Source: Catajapyx aquilonaris (taxonomy: Eukaryota). From it: 64,000 nt of DNA. Position 1 is the stretch's first letter; every line of letters begins with the position of its first letter. This document shows positions 12,710 to 25,867 of this stretch, one piece after another. The notes beneath the pieces are model-generated. The model was given only the letters and a program-made list of their open reading frames with translations. It had not been told where the DNA came from and searched no databases. The stretch is from positions 62,001-126,000 of the forward strand of contig KZ538063.1 of NCBI GenBank assembly GCA_000934665.2, written 5' to 3'. A program made the position numbers and the translations under genes.

Positions 12710-14370
12710 TTACTTTTTTGAGTGTGTCTTACCAATGCTTTGGTTTTGTGCCACACATATGCGAAGAGAGTGGGGTGCACGTGCAGCCTTCTTTGCAACC
12801 CTTCTCTTCGCATATGCGTGGTCTCCCTTGTGCTTGACTGCCCCAACTGGCCTTCCTGCCGTCAAGGCCGTTGTGCCACGGCCCAACTGGGGCAGTCTAC
12901 GGGATGTGGCCGTCGGTTGGACGGGCATCTTGGGCCCTACTCTTCGGGCTCTAAATACGGCCGGATGAATTCCTTCCATCTGTCTTCCTGAAGGTGGCTT
13001 GCTGTGGCTTGCCTCAAGGTTGCATGCTGTAAGTGAAGAAGTGCAGCATATTTTAATACAGAAACTTCTCAACAGTGTCAAAATTTAAGGTTATACATAT
13101 CGTTGAGATCTCTTTTCCATCATCGTTATTATCTAAAAATGTAGGGTGGAATTTTCGTCCCACTACCAGTGACTGCTAACATAGCAGAGTCAGTTTTGGA
13201 AAATTCCACCCATAGCCTACACTTCCATTAAATTAGATTAATAAAAGATTTTAAAGACAGAATGTGTGGACTTCCTTTTACCTCAACCCATAGTCACTTA
13301 TGGAATTGGAAAAACTGTAGCTGTATCCCACCAAAATCCAGGTTAAAAAGGAGTCAGAAGACAAAATGCCTCATGAAATATATTCTGGGCATTGTGGAGC
13401 TGTCAAGTTACGAATGTATTATTTTGATCGATTTAATTTGGAAAGTGATGCAAAACACATTGTTGAAGTAGTCTAATATCTTAACAGATGCTTTAAAGTT
13501 ATACCTTAAGGTTTTATCTTATGATGTTATAGTGAATTCAAATGTTGTGTATTGTTAATTCCAATAATATAACATCATCCTTACCAAAGATATGCAAACC
13601 GGACTTGATTGCTTTTGGTGTTGGCAACATTTCCATAGCTTTAGCAAGAGCTACTAGCTCAGGCCCACAAAAATCTTTAGTTTGCTGCAAACGATGGAAA
13701 ATCACGGAGAGGGCTGCAGTGACTTCTTCGGGTGGGTTCTGAAAAATTGCATGATGTCGTCAGGACTAATGGAACTTCACCAGGTGATAGTACTGTACAG
13801 ATATATATATATATTTTTTTGTGGTGCGAAGGGGGTGAGCGCAGCGAGTGTCTAGATATAAAGTGCATATACTCACTGATGGTGCATCCACACCAGAGTC
13901 CAAACCGCACAGCATCTCTTCAGTTTCTTCAGACTCTGCATTCGATCATCACAGCCAGATTGTAAGAAGCCAGAGCTTTCGCTGGAGTGTGCCCTTCTTG
14001 AAATAATTTTATGAACGAAGCCCTGACTTTATTCCCAGGCTTCCGGAACTTCAATGCGTCTGCAGAATGAATGGAATGGCTATGCACACATTCCAATTTT
14101 ACATTACAGATGCCGTTTGTCCTCAGCTTCAACGTGATTCTTGCAGGGCAATTTGTGTTTTTAGAGGACGGTTTTTCCAAACAGGTGATGTCAGATCTTC
14201 TTATGTTGTGGTGGCAATGGAGGAATATACTTTTTCCACCCGTGACCCCCTTTCGTGATGTCTGGATCTGCAAAGGTGAACGAAAGGGCAGTCAATAATT
14301 GAGATGCATCAGCTTTTGTTATATTTGAATGGCTATTCCCTATTTTCAGCACACACTTAAATGACAGGTA
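12710..14370 (-). pseudogene. Internally deleted MULE/MuDR-family transposase relic with introns
   Basis: N-terminal zinc-finger-like CHHN...SKNTNCPARI...HSHSIHSADALKFR...LFQEGHTPAKAL (14267-13930). A frameshift at ~13940 leads into an acidic linker ending at donor 13877|gtgagt. Exon 13738-13585 (...KAIKSGLHIFG|gtaag) joins exon 13026-12710 (...MPVQPTATSRR...AGRP...DHAY...APHSL...NQSIGK). Splice phases are compatible; no DDE or SWIM core lies between the two halves. Confidence 0.7.
13142..13213. mobile_element. Short MITE-like element (related copy at 44693-44785)
   Basis: TAGGGTGGAATTTTCGTCCCACTACCAGTGACTGCTAAC...AAAATTCCACCC; the same left end occurs at 44693. Confidence 0.55.
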
Positions 14371-14916
14371 CTACACCACATGCTGGTGTCCTTTGCATGA
14401 AGGAGTTTGAAAATTCATGTCACTTAGCATGAAGCATGTCCTAATAAGTTAGAAAATGCATTTTAATAATAATCCAGGTAGTGCTTAGACCCCTCTGAGG
14501 TATTGCACGAACCTTTATTATTACTCGTACACTACTTGGAACCTTTAGCGAAGCGCTTGGGGCCATGGGCAGGGATGAGTAGGAGGGGATTGTGCCGGGC
14601 AGCCATTCTCCTTCTTCTTCTTCTTCATTCCCCATGCTTCACTCACGGTTGGAAACAAAGGACCTCCCCCCCCCCCCGGAAGAGTCAAAAGTCACGGTTG
14701 GAAATAAAGTTTCCCCCCGAGTCAGAAGCATGTGGTTGGGTCTCCTGTCGCCAGATGTGGCGGCAAGTCGGGCTGGCACGTGGCGCTTCAAGTGGCACCA
14801 ATTTATAACCTCTCCCTGGAGGCTGGCAGCAAGCGCACTTAATTATTTCAAATAATAATTAGTACATGAAATTAGTAGGCCCAATTAGAAAGAAACCCAC
14901 ACCGAAATACTGCACT

Positions 14917-14977
14917 GTATAGGACAAAGCTACAGGGAAATAATTAGCGCATTATTTCCCTGCAGCTTTGCCCTATA
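14917..14977. repeat. ~60 bp near-perfect hairpin
   Basis: TATAGGACAAAGCTACAGGGAAATAAT...ATTATTTCCCTGCAGCTTTGCCCTATA. Confidence 0.75.
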
Positions 14978-15089
14978 TATTATATCATTATTGAAGCCAA
15001 TTGAAGCAAGAGGCCAACAAGACACCTTTCGCCTACCAATCAGAATAAGTCACCCCAAAAAAAATTCACGTTTTCTGATTGAAAGAATA

Positions 15090-15760
15090 ACTATTAAGAT
15101 AGCCATTAATCACCAATAACTGTCACACATAACTATTAATCAGCAATAACCGTTACACATAACTATTAATCAGCAATAACCGTTACACATAACTATTAAT
15201 CAGCAATAACCGTTACACATAACTATTAATCAGCAATAACTGTTACACATAACCATTAATCAGCAATAACCGTTACACATAACCATTAATCAGCAATAAC
15301 TGTTGCACATAACTAGTAGGCTACCTAATAACTATTAAAACAACTATCAATCAATAACTATTAAAACAACTATCAATCAATAACTATTAAAACAACTATC
15401 AATCAATAACTATTAAAACAACTATCAATCAATAACTATTACACGTAACTAGTAGGTACCCAGCAATAAATATTGAAACGATTATTAATCAATAAATATT
15501 GAAACAACTATATTAATCAATATAAGATATAACCATTACGGATAATCAATAACTATATATTGAAACAACATTTAGTAATCAATATAGCTTTCGAAACAAC
15601 TACTGTAGTAATTAATACCTCTCGCAGAACATTAACTATCGAAATATACCGATTAAACTAATAACTATTGAAGTAATAACCGTTATAAGTGTATAATAAC
15701 CAGTCCATTGAAATAACTATGAAACTAATAACTGTTAATTGCCACGAACTATTAGCTCTT
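15090..15760. repeat. AT-rich minisatellite block (30 bp unit x~7, then 26 bp unit x~4, then degenerate)
   Basis: AACTATTAATCAGCAATAACCGTTACACAT and AATAACTATTAAAACAACTATCAATC tandems. Confidence 0.9.
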
Positions 15761-16141
15761 TAGTATTACTGGATCACTGCTATATAATTTTGTATAACAA
15801 TAAAAATTTTAAATAATGGAAACAAAATGGCCGCCCGCAGTTGGCCGGACAGATGCAATTAAATGTGAATAGCGAGTTAAATGACAGTCAGCAGCAACCG
15901 ATCTGTCATCAGCTGATTAAGTTGATTGACGCTGATTAAATTAAACATTGTGGCGCACAAAAATTTGAGGATAAAAAAAAGGAGGAGAAGAAGAAAAAAA
16001 AAGCGCGCGTGTGAGTTTTGTCAGGTGAAAAACCTCCAGTTCCAATCCTTAACCATAATATGGCCTTTTTTTTGGCCCGATTTCAAACCGCAGGCCATAA
16101 AAAAATGTGGGTGTACCTACTCGTATGTGGGGGTTAAAAGC

Positions 16142-16176
<35 letters not shown>

Positions 16177-18384
16177 CGCCCCCCTCTCTCTCTTTGCCTT
16201 CCCTCACACATGACCACACATGTGTATGTGTCCAATAGACTTGTTGACATTTTTAAAAAAAGGGGGGGGGGGGAGAGAGGAGGACATGCATTTTTATGGC
16301 CGGTTAAACAAAGCACGTTGCACCAAAAATAACCGGGGAGTTACGCTGATGAGCTGACGGAAAATTTGGGCCGAATTTCGAAGGACAAACGGGTCAAGAT
16401 GACAATGGGAAAAGTTTGGCCGTCCAATCACTAGCAGACTGATTAGCATTCTTCATAATGTCTCATAATAAATGATGAAAAAGTGCTGTGTCATAGTATA
16501 CAGTATATAATTGGCTAGGCGAGACTCTGTCCACGGCGACTAATTACAGAACACCTTTCGCCATATGCAATCAGAAGCTTCCCACGAATATTTCCAGCTT
16601 TCTGGTTGGAATAATCATAATCAAAATAACTATTAGTCAATATAACTATTAAAATCATAACAGTTAATCAATAACTATTGCAGCACATTTTAGAGCCAAT
16701 TTTTTGGCAGCACTGCTTCCTCTTTAAAACAGCACAAATCGCTTGAAAGTGTCGTTTTGTGTGTAGCCTGGACCTGGCGGCATAGACACTACTACTATAG
16801 CTGCTATAGAATTTTCTGTTGAAAAATAGTGATCCGCATAAAACCCGGTGGGGATTTTCCGGATACGAATCTCTACAACCCGAAATCGAACATGACTCAA
16901 GCCTGGCTTATGCAAAAACAAGGGAGACAAATCGCAAGATAAATGGCTCGGCTCAGCTTGCCCCACACCCCCTCCAGCAGCCTCCACTATAGCTACCACC
17001 CCCCTTTTTATAGCGAACAGATAGGAGGATTGCAGTCAAGTCTTTTTGTCGGATTGCTATTGACATAGCCTGTATACCTGCTGGCATTGGCCACCATTTA
17101 CGCGCAGCACACAACAGATGGGGAACTGGACCTGGACCGGATCCGGTCCACCTATAGATCATGGCATCCATGGCTCAGTTTTTCTTTTTTTTTTGCGACG
17201 GAAAATTCATGATATATTCATCAATTAGTTAAAATCAACATGTCAGTTAAATTTATTGGTTATATTTATCAGTTTAAGCATTCGTTAAAGTTATTAGCTA
17301 TACCCAATTTATTAGTTAAATTTATTAGCTAACCGATTTATTAGTTACATTTAAGGTTAAACATACGAGTTAAATTTATGAACTGATTTATTAGTAATCT
17401 TCATTAGTTAAATTATGAACTGATTTATCAGTTAACTTAGTTAAATTTATTAGTTAAACGTATTAGTTGCCGAATTTATTGGTTATCCAAATTGTTAGCT
17501 ACCGAATTTATTAGTTAACCCAATTTATTAGTTAAGCGTATTATAGTTACCCAATTTATTGGTTAAATTATCAGTTAAATTTATGAAATAACTACCTTCA
17601 TTAGGTGAATTTATCAGTGCAAGATTAATTTATTAGGCCTAATAAATTAATCTTTCACTCATTAAAGTAACTATTATTAAAATAATCTTTCATCGAGTAA
17701 CTAATAAAATTGATCTTTCATTGATAAATTTAAATAATAATAATAAGTGTAACTTTACATTTATTTTATTAGTTGAAGATTGATTTTATTTGTTACATTT
17801 ACTATAAAGATGGCTTTGCTAATTAAAAGTGTTAGTTGAAAATGAATAACATTTTGCAAGCTGAAATATTATTTTTGACTTTTCCATCCCCCCCAAATCC
17901 TCACTTTCTTTTTGAGTCTCCCCCCCCCCCCCTGCAATTGACAAGCCTTCACTCCAATGTCTTGAGAGAAAGAGAAAAAAAAGAAAGGAACAAAAAAATA
18001 TCTGCTTCTGACACACTCTCCAGATGTATATACACATTTTCTTTCAAGTTCTGATTTTTTTTCTCTCTCTCTCTTTCCCCCCCCCCTCCCCCACATTTTT
18101 TGGACTTATCCCCTCACCCCACCCCTCCCCACCATGTCAGTCCCCCTTTCCCTCCAGACTTTCTTTTTGATGACTTGAAACAGAAACGTTTTGCTGCGTC
18201 CGGACTAGTGTCAGATGTCAGGCCTCGAAACAGACCTAAGTGAACAACTTATTTTTGAAGAGAAAAAAAATAAGGAAAAAGGGTTAATTGGCACCACTGG
18301 TGAGCACCAACACCAACGCCATCTAGTAGAGATTCTGAATTATTAAACAGCTTTGGAGTCGATCTACTTCATCTGATTCAACTA

Positions 18385-18517
18385 ACCTCACTTAACGTCA
18401 GCTTACCTTACGTTACGTTAACTTACCCTAACCTAACCTGACCTCAGCCTAACCTAACCTAACCCAACGTAACCTCATCTCACCTTGCCTTGCGTTGCCT
18501 AACCTTTACCTAACCCT
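18385..18517. repeat. Degenerate (TAACC)n pentamer tract, complement of the insect telomere-type TTAGG repeat
   Basis: CCTAACCTAACCTGACCTCAGCCTAACCTAACCTAACCCAACGTAACC. Confidence 0.7.
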
Positions 18518-18532
18518 AAAAGGTCGACTGTG

Positions 18533-18615
18533 GACGTACTACCAAATACCTCACACAGATGGCATCTGCACACAAGTGATGACTCACAGTGGACAAACAG
18601 AGGCATAGACATCGA
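18533..18615 (+). repeat. Dispersed repeat family A copy
   Basis: CCTCACACAGATGGC...GATGACTCACAGTGGACAAACAGAGGCA. Confidence 0.75.
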
Positions 18616-19215
18616 ATTTAAAGCCAGACCTCCCTTTAATTCGCGTGCAAAAAAAATAGTGCACTCTATCGAATGACGTGCAGTCGATTCGCGGTGTAAA
18701 CAGTCGGAAAGTGGTTTTCTGCGGCATCAAAAAGGCATTGTGCCCTCTAGCGCCTTGTTCTCGAAACGCATCAGAAAAAGTAGCGCCCTCATTATTGGCA
18801 GCCATTTTTGGGCCACACAAAATTTTCATCCCCAGCTTCCCCTCTTTTTTGGGAGGGTTGGGGAGTGCTTGGCTGTTATATGAGAGTGCTTGGATTGTAC
18901 ATTTTGTGCTGAAAACGTATGAAAATATGGCTCGGGGGAAAAAAAGCAGCTGCTGAAAAGCCACATCTAGATGAATAAAAAAAAGGCATGGCTCGATAGG
19001 CATAATTAAGGCTGGTTTTTTGGGACTTGATGGCACTCGAGGTTTTCAACCAGTCAGCGATGAATTTAGGTCAAAATATCGCAGGTAAAATGGAAACTGG
19101 TTGCCAAGTCAAATTGGAAAAGCCACAATAACATTCGTTGGGCTGCGGCACCCACGACGGACAGCATAGCCTACTTGTTGACGTATACACAACCGACAAT
19201 AAGTTAGCGCACAGG

Positions 19216-19583
19216 CAGGGAGCATATACTATACATAAGAGGCGCAAACTTCTGTCGGGGCCTTTGATGTTCGCGTCTCTCTGTTTGCGGCTGTTGCCAA
19301 GGCTGGCAGCCATTTTGAAGGGTGGGGAACGCCAACGAGGTATAAATAGGGTACAGGCAAAAATAGAGTCCGCCATATTTGATGGTTTTGGCGGCCGTGG
19401 CAACTACACGGCAAGAACACGCGCGAATCAAAGATGGGGGACCCTATTTTTGCCTGTACCCTATTTATACCTCGTTGGCGTTCCCCACACTTTAAAATGG
19501 CCGCCAGCCTTGGCAACCCTCCAAAAAGAGAGACGCGGAAATCGAATGTTTGCGCCTCTTATGTAGCATAATTATGCTCCCTG
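19216..19583. mobile_element. 368 bp foldback MITE with ~165 bp inverted arms
   Basis: CAGGGAGCATA...TATGCTCCCTG ends; inner arm GTGGGGAACGCCAACGAGGTATAAATAGGGTACAGGCAAAAATAG is perfectly inverted at ~19444-19488. No clear TSD. Confidence 0.85.
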
Positions 19584-19619
19584 GCCCAGCTAGCAATTAA
19601 TTAATATTATCCCCACCAT

Positions 19620-19693
19620 GGTACGTGCCTGGCAGGGCCACAAGACGGGCCGGACTGGTGCGGTCACCCAAACGCCATACAGATACACGAACA
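19620..19693 (+). repeat. Dispersed repeat family B (CACAAGACGG) copy; others at 36750-36933 (+), 44835-44975 (-) and 48970-49020 (+)
   Basis: GTGCCTGGCAGGG(C/A)CACAAGACGG...ACTGGTGCGG(T/G)CACCC...GCCATACAGAT is shared among copies. Confidence 0.75.
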
Positions 19694-20091
19694 GAGAGAC
19701 CAGGGAGCTAAAAATTGCCATCTTTTGGCAAATCCACTTCCTTTCAGTCACACTTAGTACACCTCCAAACTATCCAGTTTCGCGTCTGGAGCAAATAACC
19801 TTTCCACCCTTTTTGTGTGTGTGGGTGTGTGTGTTGAGCTCCTGTCCGGATGGGGGGTATCGTGTTCCGCTTAATACCGGTGATGGCAGCGGTTCGTGTT
19901 TCCCAAAGCTGTCCGGATTCTGGTGGGAGGCAGGCTTAGGCCCCGGATTGGACCTACACCTCAACTCACTTTTCATTCCATCACTGCGCCTCCACCCACC
20001 CACCTCCCACTTCCATCAATCATCTCCGGATTAAAAGGATGACACGCTTCGAAGGGCCTTCCGTAAACAACATCAGGTACAGACTTTATCA

Positions 20092-20172
20092 GCGTAGTGC
20101 CATGCCACTCGCATAGATGGCGCATGTCAGGGTCGTGCAAAGGGTAGCTGAGTGGACAAACAGAGGCACAGC
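20092..20172 (+). repeat. Dispersed repeat family A copy
   Basis: CGTAGTGCCATGCCACTCGCATAGATGGCGCA...GTGGACAAACAGAGGCACA. Confidence 0.8.
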
Positions 20173-21049
20173 CAATTCCGTCTTGGTTGGCTACAGGTGG
20201 TCGCAGCAGGTGGGTTTACAGTTCTAGGCCTAATAAAGAGCTCACTCGCACGGTTGATTGCGCGCATTTAATTGCGACCAGTGCCGCCAACATGACGGCT
20301 ACAAAAATGTGTCGTCTACCCTTTCTTTATATTTTTTGCTTGGTCCACAACCAACTAATGAGATCGAAACCGGTAACGAAGGAGACACAAAGGGCAAAGG
20401 AAGCACAAAAGATGTGTCTTCCTCCCAATGGAATTCTTGTGCCAGATATAAAAAAAAAGGAGCCAAAGGAGAAGCCATTTTGCTTCAAAAAGGGTACCAA
20501 GAAAACGTCAACTTTTCGTTTCGGTAATTAGACCATGCTCTTTATTCATTCAACGTTTGTCCCCTGTGGACGACTCTAATCAAGTCTTCCCATGTGATTT
20601 TTTATACAGAAAAAAGGGGACTAATTTAATCAACAAAAAATGTCAATGTTTTAATTAATCAAAAGCAGGATCGCCAACATAAAAAAATGTCTAAAGGCCA
20701 CACCTGCGACGAAATTTTTTTTGTGCAATCGGTGAGTGAATAATGGGCTTGATTGATCGGAAACTACTCGCAGATGCAGCTCTGCTTCTGGCCAATAATA
20801 ATATCGACGCAACATGCATATCATGTGTGTGTGTGTGTGTGTGGGAGGGGGGGGGGGNGGAGGCTGGGAGGTACTTTGTTAAATTAATTACCGGACAGGA
20901 CCCCGCTTATAAACGTCAAACTCTTGCGGATTCATACCGAGCTCTATAACGCTTAAACGCCAGATAAAACGGAGATTTTATGCTTCCAATTTGGGGGATT
21001 AGGAATACGCAGAACGTGCCGGAACGATCCGGTCACGTTTGTTCGGAAA

Positions 21050-21870
21050 GTAGCAGTGATTGTAGCTATTCTCAGTAGCTGTTTTAGTAGCAGTGATTAG
21101 TCTCTGTGCTTAGTGCTCAATCAATATCTGTTTTTAGTATCAGTGCTCAGTAGATGCTCTTAGTAGCAGTGATTAGTAGCAGTTAGTACTTAATAGCTGT
21201 TATTAGAATAAGTGTATAGTAGATGTTCGTAGAATAAGTGCTTAGTTCTTAGATGTTCTTAGTAGCAGTGATGAATAGCTGTTCTAAGTAGCGGTGCTTC
21301 TAATATATTCTTAGTAACAGTGATTAGTAGCTGTTCTAAGTAGCAGTGCTTCTAATTTATTCATATAGTAACAGTGACTAGTAGCTGTTCTAAGTACCAG
21401 TGCTTATAATCTACTCTTAGTAACAGAGATTAGTAGCTATTTTAAGTAGCAGTGCTTATAATCTATTCTTAGTAACAGTGATTAATAGCTGTTATTAGTA
21501 TCAGTGCTTAGATGTTCTTAGTAGCAGTGATTAGATGTTCTTAGTAGCAGTGATTAGATGTTCTTAGTAGCAGTGCTTAGATGTTCTTAGTAGCAGTGAT
21601 TAGTAGCTGGTTTAAGTAGCAGTGCTTATAAGATATTCTTAGCAATGGAGATTAGCAGATGTTCTTAGTAACAGTGATGAGCAGTGCTAAGTAGTTGTTC
21701 TTAGCAGCAGTGATTACGAGTGGTTCTTAGTATCAGCGCTTATCAGCAATTAGTAACAGTGCTTAGTAGCTGTTTTTAGTATCAGTGCTTATCAGCTATT
21801 AGTATCAGTGCTAAGTAGCTATTCTTAGTAACAGTGATTAGTAGTGTTTTAGTAGCAGTGATTAGTAGCA
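21050..21870. repeat. Degenerate TAGCAGTG/TTCTTAG minisatellite block; related blocks at 23480-23880 and, in opposite orientation, 27000-27680
   Basis: Dozens of TAG(C/T)AGCAGTG(A/C)TTAG-type units. Confidence 0.85.
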
Positions 21871-24800
21871 CCTCTTTCGAGTTCCATTTATGTTCCCAGC
21901 AGTTTTATTTGCGTCCCTCGTACACAAGAGCTGTCGTTCGGCATAGATTTCATAGATCAAGATTCTTTTCCCCCCTCTTTTCTCGCCTGGTGTGCAAATT
22001 CCTCCGGATCGTTCCAACAACCCAGAGGAAACAAGTAGTCTCCTAGGAAGGGGGAAAAAAAAAGATCTTGGCGAGCAAACCGTTTGGAAATATGTGATGG
22101 GATGGAAGCGATCCCGTTGCGAAAATGTTCATATCCTGCATTTCATTAGTTAAGTGATGCAAACCGGATGAACATTGGAAGGTTAATCCATGCGGAAGCC
22201 AATATCCTCATAAATCCAGGAAAAGCACTCGAAAAAAAATTATTCGCCCCACCCCATACCCCCCCCTTGCCCCATTCCCAAAATTAAGTTTGGTTATTCC
22301 CTGAACCGAAAAGGTCTGTGTCTGCCTGTGTGGCCCCCAGCACTAAAAACAATCCGGGCTCATTAGTAGGATATCAAACACGATCCGTCTCTTAATTAAT
22401 GGCGGTTTCCTAACCAGCGAATTGTTATTGTTGGGGCCCGCCCGGAACAATGGCCCGGAGTCTAGGGAAGATCAGAACCTGGATCGGGATCAGTCATGAA
22501 GACCCATGATCACTGATCCTGCTAAAAAGAAGAAAAAAAAACACTTTTCTTCACAAAAAAATCGCGGAGGATAAAAAGTGGCGGTTAAGAAGTGATGTGA
22601 GTGATTATTATTCAAGCGCGTTTTACGGGCGGGAGTTCCGCATATTTTGCAACCCATCTTTTGTCCTCCCCAATGTCCGATTCTTACCCAGGAATAAAAA
22701 AGTATTATGGCTGGAATGGAAACCCATACCCCCTTTTTCTCCCCTTCTTTCCCACAATTCTCATGGGGGTCGTCTAGAAGCCCTTTTTTTTCCGGCTCAG
22801 TTTCTGACCTGAAACGTGATTTGCGAGCCAGTTTGCCCAGTTCGTCTACGTCCAATCAATTCGTCTTGAATTGGCAACGGAAGTACTGTAAGCATATTTC
22901 GGAACCACTACTTGGAACTGGGAGTTGAGAAGAAGAAGAAGAAAAAAAAACGCAATTTGTTTGCAATTTGTAGATCTAACAGTGATTGCTGACTATACTG
23001 CTACTGAAAAAAGAAGTTGTTAGTAACAGTTTTAACAGTTTCATTTCCATTCCTCAAACTAGCATTTTGAAATTAATAATTACTAGGCACCAACTTGCCA
23101 AAATTTGGTAAAAAATTAGGCCAAATTTCGAAAGTGGAGAGAGACGCGGGCCAGGCAGCGACATCAGACGGTGAAGTGCCGAAGTAAGACGGTGCAGAAG
23201 TAATTAAGCGAGTCGCCACACAGGAGGTGGCGCCCCGCGGAACGGCGGAAATGGGAATTCCGTGGAAAGGTCTCGGTCGAGGGTTTTTAAGGCGGTCGAC
23301 GTTTTTTTTCGTTTTATAAATTCTCTGGACACTATTTCAAAAAAAAACCCAGTTTATTGCAAATATAGAAAAAGCTGGCTAAATTTTGACACCACTCCCA
23401 TTGCTGTAGGCCGTTCGGTACGGGAGGAGTTGTGGGAACAGTCGGGTATTAATAATATAGATGATTTTGACTGACAGTTATAGCTGCTACTGTTATTTAA
23501 AACAGCAATGATTACTGGCAGTGTTTTATAGCACTGCTTAGTAACAGTTTTAGCAGTTTATTTACATTCCTCAAACTAGCATTTTGACATTTCTGACAGT
23601 TATAGCTGATATTATTATTTAAAGTAGAAGCGATTAGTAGCAGTGTTTAATAACAGTGATCAGTAGCAGTGATCAGTAGCAGTGTTTCATAGCTGTGGTT
23701 GGTAGCAGTGTTTAATAACACTGATTAGTAGCAGTGATTTACAGTAGTGATCAGTAGCCGTGTTTCATAGCTGTGGTTGGTAGCAGTGTTTAATAACAGT
23801 GATTAGTAGCAGTGATTTATAGTGGTGATGAGTAGCAGTGTTTCGTAGCGGTTGTTGGTAGCAGTGATTAGGAGTATTGTTTGATAGAGGGGATCATAGC
23901 GGAGTACTGTGTCTTTTTGATAAGAATGAATGTCGAGAGCATATGCTCCACACATCATGTCTTAGTGACCCCTTAGCACCTTCTGGCTTGGGATAGAATC
24001 ACCTGACTTTTTGGTGTCGAGTGTCCCCTTTTCTCTTTCCAAGGGTGGGAGGAGGGTGGGGGAGGGCAGTGCTGAGCTATAGATTTGCAGTAATGGCCTT
24101 TGCTGGCTGTAGTTCTCTGGCAGCTACCTTCGCAAGAGGCGCGCTGGGGATAAATCTTTCTCTTCCCTTCCCTCCCCACCCTTCCCTCTCCCCCACCCAA
24201 CTACCCCCCCCTCTCCTCCCTCTCTCCTGCACAATTGCAGCAAGATCGTCTCCAAAATTCCGCTTCTTTCGGCCTCTTGCCAAACTCTTTTTCTCCAGAT
24301 CTCTCTCCAGCCACCGCCCGTATATAGAAAGAAGCCATGTTTGAGAGGCGATGCAACTCTTGGATACAGGGGGTATACTCCTACCGATATACCGAGGCAG
24401 TCTCACCACACATCCTCCAACGGAAATATGACCCATTCACACATACTCTTTATTCTCAAACGAGCTTTAGAAGCACCAGTTAAATTTGTCAGTGAAGATC
24501 TCTTACGTCAGTTACGTGCCTAGATCGAATGCGATGGCAACTATACGAGTAAAATGGAAGTATTAATAATAAATAAAACCAAATTTATGTGAGATAAAAA
24601 TGAGAATAAATAAAAATCACAAGAAGTTGACGTCAAAGAAAATCTGCATAATTTCATCGCAATTAAGTGGGATTAATGCACCTGCCGCGCCTTACAGTTA
24701 GTCCAGATTATATAATAATCTACCTGGATCGATGACGTAATTTCATCTCTTCGGTAAGGCTCCAATCTGAACCTGGAAGAGTACAAAAAAAAATCCTCCA

Positions 24801-25630
24801 GCTTTTTAATTTGTATTTATTTATATATGGAATCCGATTTAGTATGTTCTTTAGGGCGTCAATATTTTGCGTGACATTTCTATTTCTTTCCCCCCCCCCC
24901 CCTTCTTTTCCTTCTGGTATCATCATGGGGGACGTCTGGCACCATTGTTTGCGCCGCTTGAATAATGCAGACCCAGAGACCTAGAATAATTTTTTTCCTT
25001 CTTCTTCTTTCTCCTTGCGTGTGCCTCTGGAGTTATTTCTTCTTCTTCTTCCCCCCCCCCCCCATTTTTTTCTTATTTTCTTTCAGTTTTTCCAGCAGCA
25101 TTTCCAGGCAGAGCAGGGGAGGAAAAGCAGCTCACGAATCGCTCCCGGGCGCCAAACCGCAGATTCCTTTTGTTCTCAGTTCTCAGCGTGTGTTTCCCGC
25201 CGACAAAACCACCTCCTCCTTTTCCCCTCACTCCTTATTGGACCCCTTCACTGTATACATAGTGTAAGTAGTCATGCCGAGTATGTAGAACAGGTCGTCA
25301 GCCTATCAACTTTGACAAGAGATATACGTGACGACCAAGGTGAGCAGGATATTCTGACGTGATCCGCATCACACGTCGAAAATATTTGCATGCACAAATT
25401 ATTCCGCCAGAGCTCGCAGAATTGTGATACAATGTAGAAGACACAGAATCTGCAGGCAGCAGATTAAAGTACACATTTTGTTTCGACGAAAGACGTCAAT
25501 CATCCGTTTAATAACTATAATTAGTACACATCCAGCTATTATAAGTCTCGCTGCCTTGTTCACGGATGGCTGCAGCGTTGTTATTCAGAACGGGCTTTAA
25601 AATAATGGCTGCCGATAAAATGTTAATAAT

Positions 25631-25867
25631 GGGCCGTATTCAGAGTCAACAACAAGAAGTTAGTGCAGTGCTTTAAACCACGTGACCTAGTTCACTAAGA
25701 AAAGTCGCATTCAGAGTCGCGCTTTAGACCTAGTTCGGGCCTAGTGCGGACTTAGTGCGATCCTGCTAAAGCGGTGCACTAAGGCAAAACTTAGTGAAGG
25801 GGACTCCCTTCTTTTGCGTCGAACTAACATCGAACTAGGCATTAGCGAACGACTCTGAATACTGCCC
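25631..25867. mobile_element. 237 bp MITE with 3 bp TSD (PIF/Harbinger-Tourist-like)
   Basis: AAT|GGGCCGTATTCAGAGTC...GACTCTGAATACTGCCC|AAT: 17 bp TIR with one mismatch and an AAT duplication. Confidence 0.8.

Noticed and set aside
14441..14635. MGNEEEEEGEW... ORF as first exon of the MULE relic
   Set aside because: Position is plausible, but there is no convincing donor or recognisable homology.
19071..19566. Overlapping ORFs on both strands with similar peptides
   Set aside because: Explained by the foldback MITE's inverted arms.
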